Shown in pieces: positions 62,690-64,000 of a stretch of DNA of 64,000 nucleotides; the stretch's first letter is position 1, and every line of letters begins with the position of its first letter. Under the pieces are notes generated by a model, which made no database searches, had not been told where the DNA came from, and worked only from the letters and a program-made list of their open reading frames with translations. Origin of the DNA: Eledone cirrhosa (lineage: Eukaryota); contig OZ024745.1 in the NCBI GenBank assembly GCA_964016885.1, forward strand, positions 120,776,001-120,840,000, given 5' to 3'. A program made the translations under genes and the position numbers.

Positions 62690-64000
62690 ACCATACCACA
62701 CCGTACCATACTGTACCATACCTCACCACACCATACCATACCATACCATACTGTACCATACCATACCGTACCATACCATACCACACCACACCATACCATA
62801 CCATGCCATACCATACCATACCATACCATACTGTACCATACCATACCATACCATACCATACCACACCACATCACACCACACCATACCATACCATACCATA
62901 CCATACCATACCACACCACACCATACCATACCATATCATACCATACCATACCATGCCATACCATACCACACCACACCATACCACACCACACCACACCACA
63001 CCATACCATACCATACCATACCATACCACACCACACCACACCACACCACACCACACCACACCACACCATACCATACCATACAATACCACACCACACCACA
63101 CCACACCATACCATACCATACCACACCACACCACACCATACCACACCACACCATACCACACCACACCACACCATACCATACCATACCATACCATACCATA
63201 CCATACCACACCACACCATACCATACCATACCATACCATACCATACCATACCACACCACACCATACCATACCACACCATACCACACCACACCACACCATA
63301 CCATACCATACCATACCATACCACACCACACCACACCACACCACACCACACCACACCACACCATACCATACCATACCATACCATACCATACCACACCACA
63401 CCACACCACACCACACCACACCACACCACACCATACCATGCCATACCATACCATACCACACCACACCACACCACACCATACCATACCATACCATACCATA
63501 CCACACCACACCACACCATACCACACCATACCGTACCATACCACACCACACCACACCATACCACACCACACCATACCACACCACACCATACCATACCATA
63601 CCACACCACACCACACCATACCACACCACACCACACCACACCACACCACACCATACCATACCACACCACACCACACCATACCACACCACACCATACCACA
63701 CCACACCATACCATACCATATCATACCATACCACACCACACCACACCACACCATACCATACCATACCATACCATACCACACCACACCACACCATACCACA
63801 CCATACCGTACCATACCACACCACACCATACCATACCATGCCATACCATACCATACCATACCATGCCATACCACACCATACCATACCACACCACACCGTA
63901 CCATACTGTACCATACCACACCACACCATACCATACCATGCCATGCCATACAGTACCTTACTATACCACACCACACCGTACCATACCATACCATACCATA
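62690..64000. repeat. (CCAYA)n pentanucleotide satellite
   Basis: Mixed CCATA/CCACA units to the window end. Confidence 0.98.

Noticed and set aside
62661-63994. Long MVWYG/VVWCG ORFs
   Set aside because: Translation artefacts of a stop-free pentamer satellite

Overview
AT-rich, repeat-saturated eukaryotic DNA, most likely from a coleoid cephalopod (octopus-like; inferred from the SINE/LINE repertoire, not proven). It holds a nearly intact Tx1/L1-clade LINE (ORF1 with CCHC knuckle; APE-RT ORF2 with one frameshift) plus many fragments, a 5'-truncated RTE LINE, R4/Dong-like and CRE-like fragments, three Penelope-like elements, a Helitron remnant, a mariner-type DNA transposon, about nine piggyBac-type MITEs, a solo LTR, two SINE families and several satellites. 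The only non-TE coding candidate is an uninterrupted 263-aa ORF (6271-7062): ParB/Sulfiredoxin-like domain, 32-aa Pro/Ser/Thr repeats, C-terminal CCCVIL lipidation motif. Three complete hammerhead ribozyme motifs and several defective ones can be folded by eye. All family calls come from motif recognition without database searches, and repeat boundaries are approximate.
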